From assembly GCA_937959315.1 (NCBI GenBank), contig CALGRC010000003.1:1-50988 (forward strand): a DNA stretch of 50,988 nucleotides, given 5' to 3'. A program made the position numbers and the translations under genes. This document shows positions 17,452-28,171 of the stretch, piece after piece. A model generated the notes under the pieces. That model was given only the letters and a program-made list of their open reading frames with translations, was not told the DNA's origin and did not search any database. Origin of the DNA: an uncultured Clostridia bacterium (GTDB taxonomy: Bacteria; Bacillota; Clostridia; UMGS1810). Every line of letters starts with the position of its first letter. Position 1 is the stretch's first letter.

Positions 17452-18812
17452 ATGGAAGCATTGAGCGCCATTTGGCAAAATACGCTCGACATCATCAAAC
17501 CGGACATCCAGCCAGTGAGTTTTTCTACCTGGATTGACACCATTGTGCCGGTATCGATGGACAGCCGTACCATTACGCTGGAAGTGCCCTACGACTACAA
17601 CAAAGTGATGATAGAAACCCGCTATGCAGCGCTTATCCAAAATGCGCTGCTCTATTTAACCGGCCGGGAATATGAACTGCATATTGTCATACAAGGGGAG
17701 CTGGCCGCCCAAAAAAAGGAATTACAGGATATAGAACAGACATCCAATATGCTCAACCCTGCCTATACGTTCGATACGTTTGTTATCGGGAAGTCCAACC
17801 AACTGGCGCATGCGGCTTCCCTGGCGGTAGCGGAAGCCGCCGGCAGTATTTATAACCCGCTGTTCCTATACGGCGGCGTCGGGCTTGGTAAAACCCATCT
17901 GATGCACGCGGTGGGTAACTATGTGCTCAAAACGTCCCCCAATAAAAAGGTGGTATACGTTTCCAGCGAAACTTTTACCAACGACCTTATCAACGCCATC
18001 AAAGATGACCGCACCGAGCAGTTCCGCAGCAAATACCGCTTAATCGATATCCTTATGGTAGACGATATCCAATTCATCGGCGGGAAAGAGGGGACGCAGG
18101 AAGAATTTTTCCATACGTTCAACACCCTTTACCAGGCCGGAAAACAGATTATCCTGTCATCCGACCGGCCGCCAAAGGAACTGTACACGCTGGAAGACCG
18201 GCTGCGGACCCGGTTTGAATCGGGGCTGATTGTGGATATCAAGCCGCCCGATTTTGAAACCCGGATCGCCATTTTAAAGAAAAAAGCCGACCAGGTGCAA
18301 GTGGAAATTGACGACGAAATCTACCGTTACGTCGCAAATAAAATCACTTCCAATATCCGGGAGCTGGAAGGGGCCATCAAAAAAATTGTGTCCTATCACA
18401 ACCTTATCCGCGAAGATATTACGCTGTCGCTGGCGGAAAAAGCCTTAAAAGACTTTAACACTTCCAACAAAAAGCCGGTGACGCCCGAACTCATTATAGA
18501 AACGGTGGAAAAGCAGTTTGGACTGAAAGAAAACGATTTAAAATCCACAAAAAAAACGCGGGATATCGCCTATCCGCGGCAAATGGCCATGTATGTTATC
18601 AAAGAACTGACCGACTTTAACCTAACCAAAATCGGGCAGGTATTCTCCGGGAAGTGACGCAGATGTCCATGGCCCCCATCGGGGAGGAATTCGGCGGCCG
18701 GGATCATTCCACCGTGGTCTACGCACTCAAACAGGTGGAAAAGCAGGTGGAGTCCGATTCCCGTCAGAAGGCCATCATTGACGACATCATCAAAAACGTC
18801 AAACAGCAATGA
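17452..18812 (+). pseudogene. dnaA: chromosomal replication initiator DnaA, reading frame broken in domain IV (as sequenced)
   Basis: ATG 17452 follows GGAGG. Walker A GGVGLGKTHLMHA and Walker B LMVDDIQF are present. The frame stops at TGA 18655-18657 (401 aa) before the DnaA signature. The missing C-terminus, IGEEFGGRDHSTVVYALKQVEKQ...NVKQQ*, continues in the -1 frame to 18812. Confidence 0.9.
18604..18697 (+). repeat. two tandem diverged 47-nt versions of one dnaA domain-IV segment
   Basis: Copy 1 (18604-18650) encodes ELTDFNLTKIGQVFSG and copy 2 (18651-18697) encodes EVTQMSMAPIGEEFGG. They share 29/47 nt by hand alignment. The period is 47 nt (3n-1). Deleting either copy restores one 437-codon ORF. 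Confidence 0.85.
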
Positions 18813-19011
18813 TATCCACACCAGGAAACATAGATAAAAACTAAAAAAAACCACAATTTCCACACCATACACACCGTGTGAAATACCAAAAAATGCAAGG
18901 GCTTTTTTATACACGCTGCTGTGGATAGGGCCACCGCAGTATCCGCGGCTGCATACACACCCATTTTCCCAGCGGCGGTGCGCAATCCCAGCCTTGTCCA
19001 CACCATCCACA
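18812..19011. other. oriC part 2: DnaA-box cluster between dnaA and dnaN
   Basis: Near-consensus boxes are ATATCCACA (18812-18820), ATTTCCACA (18856-18864), TGTGGATAG (18920-18928), TTGTCCACA (18994-19002) and CCATCCACA (19003-19011). Confidence 0.8.
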
Positions 19012-19014
19012 GCC

Positions 19015-19069
19015 CTACTACTACGACTACTATTTTTTTATACATATATTTATTATTTATAAATAACTA
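19015..19069 (+). other. DnaA-trio array plus AT-rich DNA unwinding element
   Basis: After the last two boxes and a GCC spacer come CTA CTA CTA CGA CTA CTA (19015-19032), which is TAG trios on the other strand. A roughly 37-nt stretch follows (19033-19069) that is nearly all A/T: TTTTTTTATACATATATTTATTATTTATAAATAACTA. Confidence 0.75.
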
Positions 19070-19084
19070 AGCGGAGGATGACAG

Positions 19085-20188
19085 ATGAAATTTACATGCG
19101 ATAAATCCATCATCAACGAAACGGTGTCTACCGTATCCAAAGCGGCGAACGCCAGCAGCGCGGTAGAACTGCTGAAAGGCATCAAAATTGACGCGGGTTC
19201 CGTATTAACCATGACCGGCTCAGATATGGAAATTTCCATCGAACGGGAATTTGCAGCAGATATCACAGAACCCGGCAGCATCATCATCGATGCGCGGCTG
19301 TTTGCCGACGTTGTGCGCCGCCTGCCGGAAGGGAACGTGGCAATTGAAACAAAAGACCGCGGGGAAGTCCTCATATCCTGCGGGCAGGTCAAATATAACC
19401 TGTTATATTTATCCAGCGACGGGTATCCGGCAATCCAAAAAGTCCAAGACGGCATGTCCCTGAAAGTATACAGCCGGGATATCAAAGAAATGGTAAAAAA
19501 CACTTTGTTTGCCGTCTCCACCAGCGACGCACGGCCAATCCTTACCGGATGCAAATTTGAGGTGGCCGGTTCCCGGCTGTCGGTGGTAGCCATTGACGGG
19601 TACCGGCTGGCCAAGCGCAACCAGGTGATACCGGATACTGGCATTGCGGACGCTTCTTTTGTCATCCCCGGGCGGGTACTGAACGAGCTTTTAAAAATCC
19701 TGCGGGATGATGAAACCATTGTAGAACTATTGGTAAGCGGCAATGCGGTGATGTTCCGGTTTGACGGCTATTGTTTTGTGTCCAGGCTTCTGGAAGGGGA
19801 ATTTATCGACTATTCCCGTATCATCCCGCCGTCATGGACCACCCGGCTCAATGTCGATGTCAGGCAGCTGGGTGAAACCATTGAACGGGCGGCGGTTATC
19901 ATCAATTATGACGACCCGCGTATCCCCATTGCGCTGGGCATTGCCGATTCCCGCCTGACGGTAGACTGCACCACCAAGCGCGGTACCCTCAACGAGGGAA
20001 TGGCGGCCGACCAGGAAGGGGATAATTTAAAAATCCGGTTTTCTTCCCGGTTTTTGTTAGACGCGTTGAAAGCGGTGGACGCAGAACGCGCTTATTTGGA
20101 ATTTACCTCTGACCAGAGCCCGTGCGTTGTCCGCCCAATAGAAGGGGATTCATTTTTATATATGGTGCTGCCTGTGCGGCCCAACTAG
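19085..20188 (+). CDS. dnaN: DNA polymerase III beta sliding clamp
   Basis: 367 aa, beginning MKFTCDKSIINETVSTVSKAA, with a length consistent with three domains. It follows dnaA. ATG is preceded by GGAGGA. Confidence 0.95.
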   Translation: MKFTCDKSIINETVSTVSKAANASSAVELLKGIKIDAGSVLTMTGSDMEISIEREFAADITEPGSIIIDARLFADVVRRLPEGNVAIETKDRGEVLISCGQVKYNLLYLSSDGYPAIQKVQDGMSLKVYSRDIKEMVKNTLFAVSTSDARPILTGCKFEVAGSRLSVVAIDGYRLAKRNQVIPDTGIADASFVIPGRVLNELLKILRDDETIVELLVSGNAVMFRFDGYCFVSRLLEGEFIDYSRIIPPSWTTRLNVDVRQLGETIERAAVIINYDDPRIPIALGIADSRLTVDCTTKRGTLNEGMAADQEGDNLKIRFSSRFLLDALKAVDAERAYLEFTSDQSPCVVRPIEGDSFLYMVLPVRPN

Positions 20189-20197
20189 GAGGGGCTT

Positions 20198-20428
20198 ATG
20201 GAACTTGAAATCATTGCCATACACACGCCCGCTATTTCCCTCGGCCAGTTTTTAAAATTTTCCAATACGGTTGCAGCAGGGGCGGATGCAAAATTCTTAA
20301 TCCAGAACGGGTTTGTGCAGGTGAACGGCCGGACGGAAACGCGGCGGGGGCACAAGCTAGTGCCCGGCGACCGGGTGGACATATCCTACGAGGATGACCA
20401 TATATCCCTGGCGGTGGGCAGCGCATGA
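20198..20428 (+). CDS. yaaA: S4-domain RNA-binding protein YaaA
   Basis: 76 aa with ISLGQFLKFSNTVAAGADAKFLIQNGFVQVNGRTETRRGHKLVPGDRV. It occupies the conserved slot between dnaN and recF. Confidence 0.88.
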   Translation: MELEIIAIHTPAISLGQFLKFSNTVAAGADAKFLIQNGFVQVNGRTETRRGHKLVPGDRVDISYEDDHISLAVGSA

Positions 20429-21504
20429 CGGCCGGCCGGCTGGAACTGTTAAATTTCCGCAGCTATCCGGCGGCGGACATCACATTTTCGCCTGGGATGA
20501 ATGTGATTTACGGCGGGAACGGCCAAGGGAAGACCAATCTGCTGGAAGCAGTATATCTATTCTGTACCGGGAAATCCTACCGGACGGCGCACGATATTGA
20601 AACGGTGCGGTTTGGGGCGCAGCGCGCCCGGGTGCGCCTGTCTTTTTCCGACAGCAAGCGGGCGCATACGGCGGAACTCCGGCTGGGGGATAAAAAAGCG
20701 GTCAGCGTCAACGGCGTTCCGGTCGGCAGGCTGAGCGAACTGGTAGGGATGTTCCGTGCGGTGATTTTTACCCCTGAACATTTGGGGCTGATACGGGGCG
20801 GCCCGGCGGCCCGGCGGCAGTTTTTGGATGTCTTCATCAGCCAGTGGAAGCCGGTATATTTTCAAACGCTGCTGTCCTACTATCAGGTGGTCCGGCAGCG
20901 GAACAGCCTTCTCCGGCAGCGGCCGGCAGATTTGCTTGGCCAGCTGGAGATATGGAATGAAAAGCTGTATGAATACGGAAAAGCGGTGTGCGCCGGCCGG
21001 GAAGAGGCGCTTTCGTCTTTAAATACCGCCGTACAGGCGGCTGCAAGGGATATCACCGCAGGGAAAGAGGAGTATACCCTTTGTTACCAGCCGTCTGTCA
21101 AAGGGGATTATGCCGACAAAGAGCATTTTATGGCGCAGCTCCGTCGCGTTTTTGACCAGGAAGTGGAAAAGGGCGTATCCCTTATCGGCCCGCACCGGGA
21201 TGATTTTGCCGCGCGCCTTGGCGGCCGGGATTTGAAAAAATATGGTTCCCAAGGGCAGGTACGCACCTGTGTGCTGGGGTTAAAACTTTCTGAATGTGAA
21301 ATGATTGCACACCATTGCGGCGATTATCCTGTGCTGCTTTTGGATGATATGTTAAGCGAATTGGACGGGCCGCGGCAGGAATATTTGCTTTCCCATATCG
21401 GGGGGCGGCAGGTGCTTTTGACCCATGCAGGCAGGCATCCGGTATTGCCGCATGCACAGGCGGTTTTTTATGTGCGGCAGGCAGCGGTAGTGCGGGAACG
21501 GTAA
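20425..21504 (+). CDS. recF: DNA replication/repair protein RecF
   Basis: The sequence LLNFRSYPAADITFSPGMNVIYGGNGQGKTNLLEAVY contains the Walker A motif, and LLLDDMLSELD is the Walker B. The start overlaps the yaaA stop. Confidence 0.95.
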   Translation: MTAGRLELLNFRSYPAADITFSPGMNVIYGGNGQGKTNLLEAVYLFCTGKSYRTAHDIETVRFGAQRARVRLSFSDSKRAHTAELRLGDKKAVSVNGVPVGRLSELVGMFRAVIFTPEHLGLIRGGPAARRQFLDVFISQWKPVYFQTLLSYYQVVRQRNSLLRQRPADLLGQLEIWNEKLYEYGKAVCAGREEALSSLNTAVQAAARDITAGKEEYTLCYQPSVKGDYADKEHFMAQLRRVFDQEVEKGVSLIGPHRDDFAARLGGRDLKKYGSQGQVRTCVLGLKLSECEMIAHHCGDYPVLLLDDMLSELDGPRQEYLLSHIGGRQVLLTHAGRHPVLPHAQAVFYVRQAAVVRER

Positions 21505-21523
21505 AACCAGAGGGGATGAAAAG

Positions 21524-23733
<2,210 letters not shown>

Positions 23734-23736
23734 CAA

Positions 23737-26190
23737 ATGGAGCAGCAACGGAATGAAAAGGGCATCCAGGTAGAAATCAGCAAAGAAATGAAAAAGTCGT
23801 ATATCGACTATGCGATGAGCGTGATTGCCGGCCGCGCGCTGCCCGATGTGCGGGACGGCTTAAAACCGGTGCACCGGCGGATTATTTATACCATGAACGA
23901 GGATGGGTTTACACCGGATAAACCGCACAGGAAGTGCGCTACCACCGTCGGCGACGTGCTGGGGCGGTACCATCCGCACGGCGACGCGGCCGTGTATGAT
24001 GCATTGGTGCGCATGGCGCAGGATTTTTCGCTGCGCTACCCGCTTGTGGACGGGCACGGCAACTTTGGCTCGGTGGACGGCGACGGCGCTGCCGCCTACC
24101 GGTATACCGAAGCGCGCATGAGCCGGCTTGCCACCGTCATGCTGCGGGATATTGACAAAGATACGGTAGATTTTGTGCCAAATTTTGATGAAAACCGCAA
24201 AGAGCCGGTGGTGGTGCCGTCGCGGTTCCCGCAGCTTTTGTGCAACGGGTCGTCGGGGATTGCAGTGGGGATGGCTACCAATATCCCGCCGCACAACCTG
24301 TGCGAAGTGGTGGACGGCATTGTGGCTATCATCGACAATCCCGAACTGACGCTGGACGGGCTGATGGAGCACATCAAGGGGCCAGATTTTCCAACTTATG
24401 GCATTATTATGGGGAAAAGCGGTATCCGCAAGGCTTATGAAACCGGGCGCGGCAAAATTGTCATACGCGCACGCACTGAAATTGAGGAAATGGACAATGG
24501 GAAGTCGCGTATCATTGTCACCGAACTCCCCTACCAGGTCAACAAAGCGCGTATGATTGAAAAAATGGCCGATCTGGCCAAGGACAAAAAAGTTGACGGT
24601 ATCACCGATATCCGCGATGAATCTGACCGGGACGGCATGCGGGTGGTCATTGAGCTGCGGCGGGACGTCAACGCCAATATTGTGTTGAACCAGCTGTTTA
24701 AATATACGCAGCTGCAGGAGGCGTTCGGTATCATCATGCTGGCGCTGGTGGACGGCCAGCCGAAGGTGCTTTCCCTGCGTGAAATGCTGGATCACTATAT
24801 CGATTTCCAGAAATCGGTCATTGTGCGGCGCACCCAGTTTGATTTGAAGAAAGCACAGGCGCGGGCGCATATTTTAGAGGGGCTGCGCATTGCGCTGGAC
24901 AACATTGACGAGGTGATTGCCACCATCCGCGCCAGCTACAACGACGCCAAGGAAAAATTGATGGAACGGTTTGGGCTGAGCGACCTGCAGGCGCAGGCTA
25001 TCCTGGATATGCGCCTGGCACGGCTGCAAGGGCTGGAGCGGGAAAAAATTGAAGAGGAATATGCCGAGCTTATGAAACAGATTGCCTATTACCAGGCGGT
25101 GCTTGCCAGCGAGCAGATGGTGCTGGATATTGTGAAAGCAGAGCTTTTAGAAGTCAAGGAAAAATACGGCGACGACCGGCGCAGTGAAATTACGATGGCG
25201 GTAAATGAAATCAACTTGGAAGATTTGATTGAAGAAGAAGATAACGTCATTACGATGACCCACTACGGGTATATCAAGCGGCTGCCGGTGGACACCTATA
25301 AAAGCCAGCACCGCGGCGGGCGCGGCATTTCCGGGCTGCAAACGCGCGAAGAAGATTTTGTAGAAACACTGTTTATCTCGTCCACCCATGCGCATTTGCT
25401 GTTTTTCACCAACCGCGGCCGTATGTTTAAAATCAAGGCATACCAGATACCGGAAAGCGGGCGGCAGTCCAAGGGGACGGCGATTGTCAACCTGATCGAG
25501 TTAGACAACAATGAAAAAATCACTGCGATGATTCCCGTGAGGACTTTTGAAGACGGATATTACTTAACGATGGTTACCAAAAACGGCGTGGTGAAAAAGA
25601 CGCCGGTGATGGACTATGCCTCCACCCGGCGGGGCGGCCTGATTGCCATTGGCCTGCGGGAGGATGACGAGCTAATCCGCGTCAAGCTGACCGACGGCAA
25701 CCAGCAGATCATTTTGGGTACGCGGGACGGCATGTGTATCAAATTTGCAGAAAGCGACGTGCGTCCCATGGGGCGCGGCGCCAGCGGCGTAATGGGCATC
25801 CGGCTGCACAGCGGCGACCAAGTGGTGGGCATGAGCATCTGCCGCGAAGGCGGGAGCCTGCTCACGGTAACTGAAAACGGCTATGGCAAAAAAACGCCTT
25901 TGGAGGAATTTAAGCTGCAAAACCGCGGCGGGAAAGGGGTAACTGGATACCGGCTGACTGATAAAACCGGCCTGGTTGCCGGTATGAAGGTGGTGGACGA
26001 CAGCGACGATGTTATGATTATTACATCAGATGGCGTTATCATCCGCACCGGCGTGGAGGAAATCAGCGAATATGGCCGCGTAACCCAAGGCGTACGGGTC
26101 ATGCGCCCGGATGACGGTGTGGGCGTAGTTTCCATTGCCAGGGTTTCCAAAGAGGAAGAAGAAAGCGACGTTATGGAACCAACAGAATGA
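23737..26190 (+). CDS. gyrA: DNA gyrase subunit A
   Basis: GRALPDVRDGLKPVHRR, the QRDR RYHPHGDAAVYDALVRMAQ, the catalytic-Tyr context AAAYRYTEARM and a C-terminal beta-pinwheel are present. 817 aa. Confidence 0.97.
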   Translation: MEQQRNEKGIQVEISKEMKKSYIDYAMSVIAGRALPDVRDGLKPVHRRIIYTMNEDGFTPDKPHRKCATTVGDVLGRYHPHGDAAVYDALVRMAQDFSLRYPLVDGHGNFGSVDGDGAAAYRYTEARMSRLATVMLRDIDKDTVDFVPNFDENRKEPVVVPSRFPQLLCNGSSGIAVGMATNIPPHNLCEVVDGIVAIIDNPELTLDGLMEHIKGPDFPTYGIIMGKSGIRKAYETGRGKIVIRARTEIEEMDNGKSRIIVTELPYQVNKARMIEKMADLAKDKKVDGITDIRDESDRDGMRVVIELRRDVNANIVLNQLFKYTQLQEAFGIIMLALVDGQPKVLSLREMLDHYIDFQKSVIVRRTQFDLKKAQARAHILEGLRIALDNIDEVIATIRASYNDAKEKLMERFGLSDLQAQAILDMRLARLQGLEREKIEEEYAELMKQIAYYQAVLASEQMVLDIVKAELLEVKEKYGDDRRSEITMAVNEINLEDLIEEEDNVITMTHYGYIKRLPVDTYKSQHRGGRGISGLQTREEDFVETLFISSTHAHLLFFTNRGRMFKIKAYQIPESGRQSKGTAIVNLIELDNNEKITAMIPVRTFEDGYYLTMVTKNGVVKKTPVMDYASTRRGGLIAIGLREDDELIRVKLTDGNQQIILGTRDGMCIKFAESDVRPMGRGASGVMGIRLHSGDQVVGMSICREGGSLLTVTENGYGKKTPLEEFKLQNRGGKGVTGYRLTDKTGLVAGMKVVDDSDDVMIITSDGVIIRTGVEEISEYGRVTQGVRVMRPDDGVGVVSIARVSKEEEESDVMEPTE

Positions 26191-26191
26191 A

Positions 26192-26221
26192 AAATATCCG
26201 GCATACGCCGGATATTTTTTT
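26192..26221 (+). terminator. rho-independent terminator after gyrA
   Basis: ATATCCGGC / ATAC / GCCGGATAT followed by TTTTTT. A second, weaker hairpin lies at about 26248-26282. Confidence 0.8.
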
Positions 26222-26444
26222 ACTTCATCAGCTTTATCTGAAAAAATAAAAAAACGCCTGGTATAAACCAAGCGTTTTTTGACCGACAAAAGAGAGCTGG
26301 GACAATCCTCAACCGGTCATCTTTACTATAACACAACAGAAAAGAATTGTCAACCCCCAAACCGGAAAAACTTGCACGGGTATAAGCTTAAACTTCATTT
26401 TAGCTTGTACTTTCCGGTATAATATGCACCGGAGGTGCAAAATT

Positions 26445-26645
26445 ATGATAAAATTAGACATCGAAGGCTTGCTGAAGCAGCAAGATAAGAAAAAATACTG
26501 GCTGCTGCAAAAAACGGGCCTGAGCTACGCTGTAATCAACCGGATGATTCGCGGGGAATATCACTGTATTTATTTTCACACCATTGAACTGCTTTGTGAC
26601 GCATTGGGCTGTGAGCCGGGCGATTTGATCAAACGTGAAAAATGA
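26445..26645 (+). CDS. small XRE/Cro-type helix-turn-helix transcriptional regulator
   Basis: 66 aa from ATG 26445, which is 7 nt after GGAGGTG. The sequence KKKYWLLQKTGLSYAVINRMIRGE....TIELLCDALGCEPGDLI is the classic short HTH_26/XRE layout. Confidence 0.8.
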   Translation: MIKLDIEGLLKQQDKKKYWLLQKTGLSYAVINRMIRGEYHCIYFHTIELLCDALGCEPGDLIKREK

Positions 26646-26674
26646 CCCCTGAATGCAAATCAGGGGTCATTTTG
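26643..26674. terminator. bidirectional terminator between convergent genes
   Basis: TGACCCCTGA / ATGCAAA / TCAGGGGTCA with a T-run. It sits between the HTH gene stop and the stop of the minus-strand gene. Confidence 0.75.
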
Positions 26675-26675
26675 T

Positions 26676-27593
26676 TTATGGTGCAGCGGTACGCGGCGCA
26701 ACAATTGCTGAAACTTGCTCGCTGGGAAGCTTGCCGGGTTCTTGCTGCCAGGCGGTGATGATATCGAATGCGCGCAGGGTACTGCCGGTTGGGACAGGTA
26801 TCAGCCAAAGCCCGTTGTCTAAAACGGTTGTGGTGAGTACCAATCCGTCAGGCAGCCGTACGGAAACGGCCGCGCCGGTGACGCCATAGCCTAAAATGAG
26901 GGTGTCCCCCTCGGTGATGGGTTTTTCAAAAATAGGCGGCGCAGACTGCTGCCCTGCCGGCTGGTTGACAACTGAAAAAGCTGCCAATGGCAGGCCATCC
27001 ACTGTGACGGTTCCATCTTCTGATACCAGGATTTGATATTGGTCGGGCAACAGCGCAAAACCAGGCGGCGCTTCTGTTTCTTCCAGCGTGTAGCTGCCGG
27101 GCGGTATCCGCCCGAACTTCACCATACCGTTTTCATCCGATATGGCGGTTTGCCCGGTGGACAATGAAAAAACCGCGCCGGCAAGCGGCGTATTGCCGCT
27201 CTGGTCGTATTTGCAAAACGCCAATATTGGATCAGGCATATTGGGTACATAAAAATCAGAAAGCGGCAGCCCATCTACTGTGATATCCCCGTTTTGCGCA
27301 ACGGCAATGGTATAGGTGCGGCGGATGGGCAAATATCCATCCGGCGCCTTCGTTTCGGTCATGGTGTAAATACCGGGCGGCAGCGCGGGAAATGTAACCG
27401 TCCCGTCTGCCCCAGAAACTGCGCTTGCCCCATTGGACAGTGTAAATTGCGCACCTGGCACAGGCTTCGCATTTTCCCTGTCCCACTTCAAAAAGGAAAC
27501 GTCATACCGGGTTCCATTGGTACAGCAGCATCCGCATGGGCAGCAGCGCATGGGACACCGGTTCCCGGATAGGTTGCAGGTTGTGTGTTCCAT
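26676..27593 (-). CDS. leaderless SpaA/Cna-B (prealbumin-like fold) repeat protein with Cys-cluster N-terminus
   Basis: ATG 27593 is 5 nt after AAGGAGG. Two ~85-aa repeats are present: F.K.D....P..GA.F.L......S...G.V.F...PPG.YT..ET.AP.G. A C-terminal Ig-like segment follows. The N-terminus MEHTTCNLSGNRCPMRCCPCGCCC is not a signal peptide, and there is no LPXTG motif. Confidence 0.75.
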   Translation of the reverse strand: MEHTTCNLSGNRCPMRCCPCGCCCTNGTRYDVSFLKWDRENAKPVPGAQFTLSNGASAVSGADGTVTFPALPPGIYTMTETKAPDGYLPIRRTYTIAVAQNGDITVDGLPLSDFYVPNMPDPILAFCKYDQSGNTPLAGAVFSLSTGQTAISDENGMVKFGRIPPGSYTLEETEAPPGFALLPDQYQILVSEDGTVTVDGLPLAAFSVVNQPAGQQSAPPIFEKPITEGDTLILGYGVTGAAVSVRLPDGLVLTTTVLDNGLWLIPVPTGSTLRAFDIITAWQQEPGKLPSEQVSAIVAPRTAAP

Positions 27594-27652
27594 TGCATCC
27601 TCCTTTCCGTTTTATTGTATGCGGCAAAAGGGGAAAATGCGCCTGGATACAG

Positions 27653-28114
27653 TCAGCGGTTTTGTAGCAGAAATTCCAGCAGCGCCTGGCATCCAGAAAG
27701 GATGTCGTTGTAAGTGCGGTCAAAATCACCGGTATACCATGGGTCAGCAATGTCGCGCGGGCAGCTTGTAAAATCCAGCAGCCGGCAGATGTGCGGACCG
27801 TCTTTTCCGGTAATGCGTTTGATATTTGCGATATTTTGGCTGTCCATACCAATTAGGTAATCATACGCATCATAGTCATGTTTTGTCAATTGTACGGCAA
27901 TTTTGCCATCGACAGCAATATTGTGTTGGGCAAGCTTATCCCGCGTCCCCCGATGGACCGGATTGCCAAGTTCTTCGGTGCTGGTGGCGGCGGAAGCGAT
28001 GATAAATTGGCTGGACAGCCCGCGTTTTTCCACTAAATCGCGCAGGACAAATTCCGCCATGGGCGACCGGCAGATATTGCCGTGGCAGACAAATAAAATA
28101 CGGATAGGTTTCAT
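27653..28114 (-). CDS. low-molecular-weight protein-tyrosine phosphatase
   Basis: ATG 28114 follows AGGAGG. MKPIRILFVCHGNICRSPMAE carries the CX5R(S) P-loop, and a DPWY Asp loop is present. 153 aa. Confidence 0.9.
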   Translation of the reverse strand: MKPIRILFVCHGNICRSPMAEFVLRDLVEKRGLSSQFIIASAATSTEELGNPVHRGTRDKLAQHNIAVDGKIAVQLTKHDYDAYDYLIGMDSQNIANIKRITGKDGPHICRLLDFTSCPRDIADPWYTGDFDRTYNDILSGCQALLEFLLQNR

Positions 28115-28171
28115 GGTGTGACCTCCTAATAAAAAAAGCCGGAATAAGCCCGGCATTTTTAATATTTGCTA

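Noticed and set aside
18640-18660. Programmed -1 ribosomal frameshift as the explanation for the dnaA frame break
   Set aside because: There is no X_XXY_YYZ slippery heptamer and no obvious downstream stimulatory structure at TTC TCC GGG AAG TGA. A frameshift product would also carry a duplicated 16-residue segment inside the DNA-binding helix-turn-helix.
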